A stretch of DNA of 64,000 nt from Myxococcota bacterium. Lineage in GTDB: Bacteria > Myxococcota_A > UBA796 > CAJQPC01. The stretch lies in contig JAZAMN010000071.1 of assembly GCA_036229005.1 (NCBI GenBank), positions 96,001-160,000 on the forward strand, in the 5' to 3' direction. Numbering within the stretch: the first letter of the stretch is position 1; each line of letters opens with the position of its first letter. The notes under the pieces are model-generated. The model made no database searches. It was not told the origin of the DNA and saw only the letters and a program-made list of their open reading frames with translations. Both the position numbers and the translations under genes were made by a program. Below, piece after piece: positions 47,901 through 55,139 of this stretch.

Positions 47901-48093
47901 CGCGGTGGATGCGCGTGACCTGCTCGGGCGTGGTGCGGTCCGGGTTCATGACCTTGACGGCGACGGGGCCGTCCGGGCCGTCGGCGCGCCAGACGGTGGC
48001 CAGACCTCCGGCGCCCAGGCGCTCCTGGAGGCGGTAGGGGCCGACCAGACTTCCAGGCCCGGGAGGGGGCCCCAGGCGACGGGGTGAACTCAT
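44950..48093 (-). CDS. Ser/Thr kinase + STAND-like ATPase + TPR-like repeats
   Basis: GAGGLATV, HRDIKPSN, DFG; LHGR, GLPGSGRS, LLVDD, CEGRP. Confidence 0.9.
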   Translation of the reverse strand: MSSPRRLGPPPGPGSLVGPYRLQERLGAGGLATVWRADGPDGPVAVKVMNPDRTTPEQVTRIHREFQAMQLMDSPHVVKVLSSGEEQGYPYLVLEHVSGGTLEELLHRWEERPGVDRFAESTRLLRGLCLALAHIHDRGLVHRDIKPSNILIDAHGNPKLTDFGSVKAPDQFTTNLTMAGHLVGTVAFMAPEQITEEEISPRVDLYALGAVFYVLLTGNRPVEADSIAGYLAKHLMEDPPPPLQVNPACPHKLSRLCMRLLRKDPSQRPQSAGEVLEALDAPDTGHHQRLHGRQQDLRHAGQRISELRRGQGGEMAILGLPGSGRSALLGAISEQASELGLRVLQRRLPGDAPLGQALEELTLEGVVPEPTLLLVDDLDRGTRADMGAIEALLRDDRLARQVLLIYVLTGRTGQPLSEDTAFLLERLRSGLWIDLEAQALDCGPLPRRAIVAMLRDQGLSAKAARVAGQRLHAWCEGRPGGVLQALQAFHEAGWLEASDEGLVLTVPAARVRGGELPVPQAHRELVEGILAEIGHAARQALEALAILDGEADLGLIAGLSPGGPRALSDPRLDPLLLRAGEGLQEQLRFAQKDTLRVVLEGLDGGSRAELNRQAAALLQRKHRRRIGSVAERAATHLLRAGEPAQAWPLLARAASWERRRRRLGAARRLAERSLEVRALMPEPDQPQLACTMLSLQGEVLLEQGEPAEAGHCLHEALSMSHLEASEQARIRGLLGQALLDLGEPGQARGQLQAALEVLPVSHPSRHDFTRALADAWLADGQRAEAARTWERALSAARKSGDRLQEGRSLLGLGTLELRAGNLIRATRALELAEQKLDDGHPRERAACMLHSADLALLDGRLRVALDRARRAMRIARNAEQPDLVSRAQLLLSEAYMSAGQTDECQAILPGLVSQELADPVLDPVGQELLYHVGMQVLGPVGVRGLKHSPQPPPGVGDAARWELYRSWAMIREGASGAALAHAKRCAKLTQTPGMAALRMEALLLLGTLGVSPDQELRELVQRQLSGMPEELRRSFVGRLQRLGLFPG

Positions 48094-48115
48094 GGGCAGA
48101 GGTTAGCAGGAAGCA

Positions 48116-49357
48116 ATGGCATCCCCCTCCTGGCTCAGTGACCCGCAGGCGGCGTTGCGCAACCTGGTGCGCATGCGCTGGGCGCAGGGTGTGCTGCTGG
48201 CGATCGCGGCCGCGGCGGCGTGGATGGGGAACCGCGAGCTGACCGCGCTGCAGATGCTGATGCCCCTGGCGCTGCTGGGCGTGAGCAACCTGGCGCTGGA
48301 GCGTCTGGTCCAGGCGCGGCACACGCCCCCGTGGATGCCCACCGCCGCGCTGCTGCTGGACCTGGGCCTGCTGACCGTGATCCTCAGCGTGTCGGGGGGA
48401 CCAATGAACCCCTTCGTCGCGGCCTACCTGGCGGTCATCGTGGGGGCCAGCCTGCTGCTGGGCCGCCGCGGGGTGGTCGCGGTGCTGGTGAGCGCGGTGG
48501 CGGCCTACGGGCTGCTCTTCCTGACCCCCGGGGGCCGCTCGGAGCACGCCCAGCACATGGCCGGGCACCTGTGGGGGATGTGGCTGGCCACGGCGCTGGT
48601 GGGCGCCTTCGCGGCGGGCGCGATCCTGGCGTACCGGAGCGCACTGGCGGCGGCGGAAGAGGCCCTTCGGGAGGCGGAGGCGGAGCGTCAGCGGGGTGAA
48701 CAGCTCGCGGCCCTGGGCACCCTGGCGGCGGGGGCGGCGCACGAGCTGGCGACCCCGCTGTCGACCATCGCGGTCGTGGCCAAGGAGCTGGAGCTGCAGC
48801 TTGAGGACCCCCAGGCCCGCGAAGACGCAGCGCTGCTCCGGGAAGAGGTGGGTCGCTGTCGGGGCATTCTGTCGCAGATGGCGGTTCAAGTTGGGGCATC
48901 GCCGGCCAGCTTCGGCGAGCAGATCGCAGTGCGGGAGCTGATCGACGAGGCGCTGACCGGGGTGCTGGAGGCGCCGGAGGTTGAGCTCGTGGTGACCTCG
49001 TCGGCGCGCTGCAGCCTCAAGGTGCCCGGGAGCCTGATGGCCAGCGTGGTGAGGAGCCTTGTGCGCAACGCCCAGCAGGCCTCCTCCCCCGACTCCCCGG
49101 TGCAGCTCCTGGTGGATCGCAGCGACGCGGGCGTGCGCATCTCCGTGAAGGACCGGGGCAAGGGGATGGACGCGGCGACGCTGGCGCGGGCCTTGCAGCC
49201 CTTCTTCACGACCAAGGAGACGGGAGCCGGAATGGGACTGGGTCTGTTCGTGGCAGACAGCGTGGCGCGGCAGTTGGGCGGTAGGCTCCTGCTGGAGTCC
49301 GCGCCGGGTCAGGGCACGACGGCCACCCTGGAGCTCCCGCTGGAGGTGTGTGCATGA
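48116..49357 (+). CDS. regB: RegB/PrrB-family redox sensor histidine kinase
   Basis: LVRMRW, SGGPMNPF, HLWGMW, AAHELATPLSTI, RCRGIL, PFFTTK, GMGLGLF. Confidence 0.85.
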   Translation: MASPSWLSDPQAALRNLVRMRWAQGVLLAIAAAAAWMGNRELTALQMLMPLALLGVSNLALERLVQARHTPPWMPTAALLLDLGLLTVILSVSGGPMNPFVAAYLAVIVGASLLLGRRGVVAVLVSAVAAYGLLFLTPGGRSEHAQHMAGHLWGMWLATALVGAFAAGAILAYRSALAAAEEALREAEAERQRGEQLAALGTLAAGAAHELATPLSTIAVVAKELELQLEDPQAREDAALLREEVGRCRGILSQMAVQVGASPASFGEQIAVRELIDEALTGVLEAPEVELVVTSSARCSLKVPGSLMASVVRSLVRNAQQASSPDSPVQLLVDRSDAGVRISVKDRGKGMDAATLARALQPFFTTKETGAGMGLGLFVADSVARQLGGRLLLESAPGQGTTATLELPLEVCA

Positions 49358-49878
49358 GCGACAAAGAGAGCATCCTGGTGGTGGACGACGACGTCCGGCT
49401 GGCCGGCCAGATGGCCCGGGCGCTGGAGCGGCGCGGCTACGTGACCGAGGTCGCGCACGACGGCGGCGAGGCCCTGGAGCTGATGCGCGAGGACCCCACC
49501 GAGTGGGTGCTGCTGGACCTCAAGATGCCGGGCGCCGACGGGCTCTCGGTGCTCAAGGAGATGATGGCGCTCACGCCCCAGCCCCGGGTGGTGATGCTGA
49601 CGGGCTTCGCGTCGCTGGGTACGGCCGTGGAGGCGGCCCACATGGGCGTGGTGCAGGTGCTCCAGAAGCCGGCCGACGCGGACGAGGTGGTGGCAGCGTT
49701 CACAGAGGGTCGAGGGCAGACGGAGGTCCACGCCCCCACCCTCGCGCGGGCGGAGTGGGAGCACATCCAGCGGGTCCTTGACGAATGCGAGGGCAACATC
49801 AGCCAGGCGGCCCGGGTGCTGGGGCTGCACCGGCGGACGCTGCAGCGGAAGCTCTCGAAGAACGCGCCCAAGCGTTGA
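49354..49878 (+). CDS. regA: RegA/PrrA-family response regulator
   Basis: REC domain plus LARAEWEHIQRVL..CEGNISQAARVLGLHRRTLQRKL. Confidence 0.9.
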   Translation: MSDKESILVVDDDVRLAGQMARALERRGYVTEVAHDGGEALELMREDPTEWVLLDLKMPGADGLSVLKEMMALTPQPRVVMLTGFASLGTAVEAAHMGVVQVLQKPADADEVVAAFTEGRGQTEVHAPTLARAEWEHIQRVLDECEGNISQAARVLGLHRRTLQRKLSKNAPKR

Positions 49879-49889
49879 GGCTTGGTGGG

Positions 49890-50157
49890 CGTCCGGCCGG
49901 GCATCCGGGGGTGAATGCACGCTCCGGCCGGGCATCCGGGGGTGAATGCACGCCCTCGCCGGGCATCCGGGGGTGAGTGCACGCTCTGGCCGGGCATCCG
50001 GGGGTGAATGCACGCTCAGGGGCCAGGATCGCGTGGAGTTCGGGCGTTCAGGGCGGGATGCCCCGGAAACGCGGGCGTTCAGGGGAGGATGCCCCGGAGA
50101 GGCGGGCGTTCAGGGCGGGATGCCCCGGAGAGGCGGGCGTTCAGGGCGGGATGCCCC
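49890..50157. repeat. Bipartite inverted 31-bp repeat element, locus 3 (4 units + spacer + 4 inverted units)
   Basis: GCATCCGGGGGTGARTGCACG at 49901/49932/49963/49994; CGGGCGTTCAGGG..GGATGCCCC at 50041/50072/50103/50134. Confidence 0.95.
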
Positions 50158-50166
50158 ACTCAGCCC

Positions 50167-50361
50167 TCACTCCCAGGCCAGCGGAAGGGCCTCGCGCAGC
50201 GCCGAGTGGGCAATCACCGACGGTGCTGACCCAGACAGCAGCCCCGGCGCACCCGGCGGGAAGGGGCCGGAGCACAGGTCCACCCTGAACCCACCGCCCG
50301 ACGCCGGCCCTTGCGGCGGTACCGATGGCCCCGGCGCTCCACACCCCAGCAGCCACCACAT
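50167..50361 (-). CDS. Small (64 aa) putative lipoprotein or truncated gene
   Basis: ATG overlaps the kinase stop (TGATG); MWWLLGC start resembles the other short lipoprotein signals. Confidence 0.4.
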   Translation of the reverse strand: MWWLLGCGAPGPSVPPQGPASGGGFRVDLCSGPFPPGAPGLLSGSAPSVIAHSALREALPLAWE

Positions 50362-53300
50362 CAGTCCCCCCGGGCGATCGCCTCCACCACCGCGGTCAGG
50401 CGCTTGCCGTCCTCGCGGCCCAGGTTGGCGGCGAGGGTGCGGGCCAGGGCGCGGGAGACGCGGGCGTGGCGCTTGAGGCGGGCGGGGTCCGACGCGAAGC
50501 GGGCCAGCAGCGTGTGGGCCTTGAGGGCGTAGAAGCGGAAGCCGCAGGTCTCGGCCAGCTCCAGGGCGGCTTGGGCGCGCACGCGGGCCTCTTCCTGGAG
50601 TCCGGCGGCGCCCAGAGCCCACGCGGAGATCAGGTCCAGGCGCACACGCTGGTGCGGCCAGGGCCGGTCGGCGTTCTCGTTGGCGGCGTCGATCAGGGCG
50701 CGGACCTGCTCGGGGTCCCCTCCCCGCTCAGCCAGCAGGCGCCCGCGCCAGGCGGCGACCAGCGGCGCGAAGCCCTCCAGATCGTAGCGGCCCAGGAGCT
50801 GCTCGACGCGGTCCAGCTCGCGCTCCATCTCCTCCAGCCGGTGCTCGCGCAGGGCCACCCGGATCAGGGTGATGCGCACCGCCAGCTCGTCGTCGTGGCG
50901 CAGCATGCGCTCGGAGAGCTTGAGGGCCTCCGCGGCCGACTCCCGGGCGTCGCCCAGGCGCTCCAGGTCCACCAGCACCAGCGCCCGGTACTGCAGGCCC
51001 ATCGCCACGCCGTTCTGGTAGCGGGTCTCCCGCGCCTGCGTGATGCTGCGGTCGGCCAGCTGCAGCGCCCGGCGCAGGTTGCCCGTGCAGTGGCAGAGCT
51101 CGACCAGGTTCACCCGCGCCACCAGCAGCGGCCCCAGCTTGCCCAGCTTGTCGAAGGTCTCGACGGACTGCTCCAGGTACTTGCGGGCGTCCACCGCCTG
51201 GCCCTTGCACAGCGCCACCAGCCCAAGGCCCGTGTAGCCCTTGGCCAGCGCCGAGTCGTCGCGCACGGCCCCCGCCGCGGTCAGCGCCTCCAGCCACATC
51301 TGCCGGGCGCCATCCAGATCGCCCTTGTTCCAGCGCACCGACGCGATGCCGTTCAGCGGCCGCACCTGCAGGCTGGTGTCGCCCAGGCGCCGAGCGGTCG
51401 ACAAGGCCTCGGTGTAGCGGGCCTCGGCGGTGTCCAGGTCCACGTCGCGGCGGGCGTCGGCCCCGAGCGCGGACAGGGTGCGGGTGCGCAGGCGCTCGTC
51501 CCCGATGGCCCGGGCCAGCTCGTCGGCCTTGTGGTGATCGGCGTCGGCCTGGGCGCTGTGCCCCAGGTGCTCCTTGGCCAGCCCGCGCCACAGCAGCAGC
51601 GTGGCCAGCGCGCGGTCCGCGTCCTCCAGGGTCATGTACTCGCGGGCGTCCCGCTCCACCGCCAGCGCCCGGTCGTAGTAGCGCTCGGCCTCCTCCACGA
51701 AGGAGCGCTCCTGCAGCCGCCGCCCCGCGCGGATCAGGTAGGGGTAGGCCTTGGCCGGCACCTCCCCCTGCTCGAAGTGCCACGCGATGGCCTCCACCAC
51801 CGAGCTGATCCGGTGGCGATACAGGCGCTCCAATGAAGCCCCCAGGCGCCGATGCAGCGCGCGCGCCCGAGGCGCCGGCATCTGCTCCATCAGGATGTCC
51901 CGCAGGCGCAGCCGGGCCAGCTCGTAGAGCTCCTCCATGCCGCCGTGGCGAGCCTTGACCAGACCGGCGTCCAGCAGCTCCTCGAGCTGGAGGATGAGGT
52001 CGCTCTCGTTTGTGTGGAGCGCCTCGAGCAGAACGTCCAGGGTCAGCTCCTGCCGCGTCAACGCGAGGACCTGGGCGACGGCGAGGGCACCCTCAGACAG
52101 GGCATCCAGGCGCTCGCGCAGGGCCTCCCGGATGCTGGAGGGGATGGGCAGCCGCGCCCGGGACACCAGGGCGGTGTCCAGCTCCAGCTCGAAGCCCTCC
52201 TCGCCGGGCGTCAGGATGCCCTGGTCCACCAGCCCGCGGATCATCTCGGCGATGAACATGGGGTTGCCCTCGCCCTCCCGGTGCAGGCGGTTGGCCAGCG
52301 TGCGGGAGCGGGCGTCGTCCGGGACGAGCTGCAGGAGCATCTCCTCGACCGCGGACACGCTGATGGGCTGCAGGGAGAGCAGGCGAGGGGCCACGCCGGA
52401 GGCCGTGTCCTCGAAGAGGCCGGCCAGCACGTCGTCGTCGTCGAGCTGGGCGGGCTTGCGGCCCAGCACGAACAGGATGGGGTCCGAGGCCAGGTGCAGG
52501 TGGTTGCGGAGCAGGAACTCCAGCATGGTGATCGCGCCCGAGCGCGCCCGGTGCACCTCGTCCAGGACCACGACCAGGGGCAGGTGCTGGCGCAGCAGGT
52601 CGCGGGTGGCGGTGAGCACCTGGTAGCGCTCCAGGGAGCCCTGGGCCTCGCCGAAGGCGATGTCCAGAGGGGGCGGCAGGGTCTCGACGTTCAGCGCCTC
52701 GATGACCTCGTCGAAGCCACCGAACTCATGCTCGCCGCGACCGGCCCGACCGCTGGCGACGGTGAGCCCCAGAGTGGGGGCCTGCTTGACGACCTCCTTC
52801 AACAGGGCGGACTTGCCGAAGCCGGGGGGCCCCTCGACGATGACGGCGCCGCCGCGGCCCGCCTGGAGCTGGGAGAGGGCCTCGCGGAGCTGGGAGAGCT
52901 CGGAGTTTCGGCCCACCAGGCGCACCGGGAAGGACTTGATGTCCACCTGGGCGCGGCTGTGGTCGTTGAGCACGGAGAGCAGGTGGCGCGCGGAGCCGTA
53001 GCGCTTGGCGGGGTCCTTCTCCAGCAGGCGGCGGCAGATGGCGTCCAGGTGCACGGGCACGGTGGGCGAGACCTCGCGCGGGGGGCGCGGCGCCTGGTGC
53101 AGGTGCTTGTCCAGCAGGCTGGCGATGGCGTTGGCCTGGAAGGGGCGCCGGCCGGTCAGCATGTAGTAGAGCACCGCGCCCAGCGAGTACAGATCCGCCC
53201 GCGGGTCCACGCGGCCGCCGCTGATGTCGGCGCTGATCTGCTCCGGGGAGATCCAGGCCACGGTGCCCACCATCTCGCCGACGGTGGTGAGCTCCGCGCC

Positions 53301-53807
53301 GGGGGTGTGCACGACGCCAAAGTCCATGAGCACCGCGCGGCCCGAGGGCGTGACGCGGATGTTGCCGGGGGTGATGTCCCGGTGCACCAGCCCCTGCTCG
53401 TGCACGGCGGCCAGCGCCTCGGTGACCTGGGCCAGCAGCGACTGAACCTTCTCGAAGCGCTCGGCGCTGGGCAGCCCCTCCCAGGCCTCGACCTCGGCCT
53501 TGAGGTCGCGCCCCTCCAGGCACTCCATGGAGAACCACATGCGCCCGTTGTGCTCGCCGGACTCGTGCACCTGGAGGATGCCGGGGTGCTGCAGGGCCTT
53601 GAGGGTCTGGAACTCCGCCTGGAAGCGCGCCCGCAGCTCGGGGCCGGCCATGCCGCCGTGCAGCAGCTTGAGGGCCTGCTCGCTGCCATCCCGGTCATCG
53701 CGCACGCGCAGCACGGTGGCCATGCCCCCCCGCCCCAGGGTCCCCAGGACCTGGTAGGGACCGATTCGAGACCCCGGCTGGGTTTCGGGCTCGGGGGGTG
53801 GTGTCAT
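50361..53807 (-). CDS. Ser/Thr kinase + STAND-like ATPase + TPR repeats
   Basis: GRGGMATV, HRDITPGN, DFG; LVGR, intact Walker A GPPGFGKS, VVLDE, GEGNP. Confidence 0.9.
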   Translation of the reverse strand: MTPPPEPETQPGSRIGPYQVLGTLGRGGMATVLRVRDDRDGSEQALKLLHGGMAGPELRARFQAEFQTLKALQHPGILQVHESGEHNGRMWFSMECLEGRDLKAEVEAWEGLPSAERFEKVQSLLAQVTEALAAVHEQGLVHRDITPGNIRVTPSGRAVLMDFGVVHTPGAELTTVGEMVGTVAWISPEQISADISGGRVDPRADLYSLGAVLYYMLTGRRPFQANAIASLLDKHLHQAPRPPREVSPTVPVHLDAICRRLLEKDPAKRYGSARHLLSVLNDHSRAQVDIKSFPVRLVGRNSELSQLREALSQLQAGRGGAVIVEGPPGFGKSALLKEVVKQAPTLGLTVASGRAGRGEHEFGGFDEVIEALNVETLPPPLDIAFGEAQGSLERYQVLTATRDLLRQHLPLVVVLDEVHRARSGAITMLEFLLRNHLHLASDPILFVLGRKPAQLDDDDVLAGLFEDTASGVAPRLLSLQPISVSAVEEMLLQLVPDDARSRTLANRLHREGEGNPMFIAEMIRGLVDQGILTPGEEGFELELDTALVSRARLPIPSSIREALRERLDALSEGALAVAQVLALTRQELTLDVLLEALHTNESDLILQLEELLDAGLVKARHGGMEELYELARLRLRDILMEQMPAPRARALHRRLGASLERLYRHRISSVVEAIAWHFEQGEVPAKAYPYLIRAGRRLQERSFVEEAERYYDRALAVERDAREYMTLEDADRALATLLLWRGLAKEHLGHSAQADADHHKADELARAIGDERLRTRTLSALGADARRDVDLDTAEARYTEALSTARRLGDTSLQVRPLNGIASVRWNKGDLDGARQMWLEALTAAGAVRDDSALAKGYTGLGLVALCKGQAVDARKYLEQSVETFDKLGKLGPLLVARVNLVELCHCTGNLRRALQLADRSITQARETRYQNGVAMGLQYRALVLVDLERLGDARESAAEALKLSERMLRHDDELAVRITLIRVALREHRLEEMERELDRVEQLLGRYDLEGFAPLVAAWRGRLLAERGGDPEQVRALIDAANENADRPWPHQRVRLDLISAWALGAAGLQEEARVRAQAALELAETCGFRFYALKAHTLLARFASDPARLKRHARVSRALARTLAANLGREDGKRLTAVVEAIARGD

Positions 53808-53910
53808 GAGAGTAAAAGCCTTGATCAGTGCCGGCTGGACACGCGGCGGGCTACAGAGGGAGTCTAGCCCGCTGCTGGACTCGCGAACACCCCAGCGCCA
53901 AGGATCTCCC

Positions 53911-54675
53911 GTGCAAGTTGAAGCCTACGCCGCAACGGACACCGGCCCGGTCAGGAAGAACAACGAAGACGCCTGGCTGATTGACGTCGACGCGGGGCTC
54001 TTTGTCGTGGCCGACGGCATGGGGGGACACGCCGCCGGCGAGGTCGCCTCCGAGATCGCCGTGGAGACCGTCGCCGAGGTCATGCTCGGCGGCCAGGACC
54101 CCGACGAGACGCGCCTCTCCACCGAGATGGAGGACCCCTCCGACGCCCTGCGCGAGCGCCTGCGCTACGCGATGAACCAGGCCAGCGTGAACATCCGCCG
54201 CCACGTCGAGGACCACCCCGCCACCTCTGGCATGGGCACCACCCTGGTGGTCGTCGTCCTGGACGAAGGTCAGGCCCACCTGGCGCACGTGGGCGACTCA
54301 CGCGCCTACCTCTTCCGCGACGAGCGCCTGATGCGCCTCACCCGCGACCACACCGTCGTGCAGCAGGAGGTCGATGCCGGCCGCCTCACCCCCGAGCTCG
54401 CCCGCATCGTCCCCCACAAGAACATCCTGACCCGCTCGGTGGGCTTCCACGGCTCCGTCGAGCCCGACATCAGCACCCGCAGCCTGCTCCCCGGCGACCT
54501 GCTGCTGCTCTGCTCCGACGGCCTCTCCGACCCGCTGGAGGACTCCGTGATCGAGTCCCTGTGCGTGAAGACCCACATCGAGGACCTGCCCCAGGTCCTG
54601 GTCGAGGAGGCCATCAAGGCCAAGGGCGAGGACAACATCACCGTCGTGGTCGCCCGCGTCTCCGATGGCCGCTGA
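53911..54675 (+). CDS. PP2C-family Ser/Thr phosphatase (Stp1/PrpC-like)
   Basis: RKNNEDA, VADGMGGH, GMGTT, HVGDSRAY, LTRDH, LCSDG, GEDNIT; start GTG 53911. Confidence 0.95.
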   Translation: MQVEAYAATDTGPVRKNNEDAWLIDVDAGLFVVADGMGGHAAGEVASEIAVETVAEVMLGGQDPDETRLSTEMEDPSDALRERLRYAMNQASVNIRRHVEDHPATSGMGTTLVVVVLDEGQAHLAHVGDSRAYLFRDERLMRLTRDHTVVQQEVDAGRLTPELARIVPHKNILTRSVGFHGSVEPDISTRSLLPGDLLLLCSDGLSDPLEDSVIESLCVKTHIEDLPQVLVEEAIKAKGEDNITVVVARVSDGR

Positions 54676-55108
54676 TGGCCCCAGCGGGGGGTCGAGTGGG
54701 GGCCCGACTGGAGGCCCGACTGGAGGCTCGATCGCCATCCGGCGCGCCCGCTGGATCCTCATCGTCGCCGCCGGGATCTGGGCCGCCGCCGCCGCCGCGA
54801 CGGTGCTCTGGATCAACCCCTCCCTGAGCGCCGCCGAGCTCGAGGCCGGCCCGCCCGTCTGGCTCACCTGGGCCGCCCCGCTCTTCGTGGGCCTGTACTC
54901 CGCCGCTGGCGCCTGGCGTCTGCGCCCCGGGGATCGCTCCGGGTGGGGACTGGCCGTCAGCGCCATGGCCCTCAACCTGCTCTCCTGCGTGTTCCCCGCC
55001 GCTGTCTACGGCGTGTACCTGCTCTTCCAGCCCGCCGTGAAGGCCACCCTGCTGGGCGGTCATTTTGCCGAGGGCCAGAGAGAGGGCCAGGGGAAGGAAG
55101 AGGCCTGA
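54665..55108 (+). CDS. Small hypothetical membrane protein
   Basis: 3-4 hydrophobic segments; overlaps phosphatase stop. Confidence 0.6.
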   Translation: MAADGPSGGSSGGPTGGPTGGSIAIRRARWILIVAAGIWAAAAAATVLWINPSLSAAELEAGPPVWLTWAAPLFVGLYSAAGAWRLRPGDRSGWGLAVSAMALNLLSCVFPAAVYGVYLLFQPAVKATLLGGHFAEGQREGQGKEEA

Positions 55109-55139
55109 GGGCCCCAAAAGCTCCAGGGCCCACCACCGC

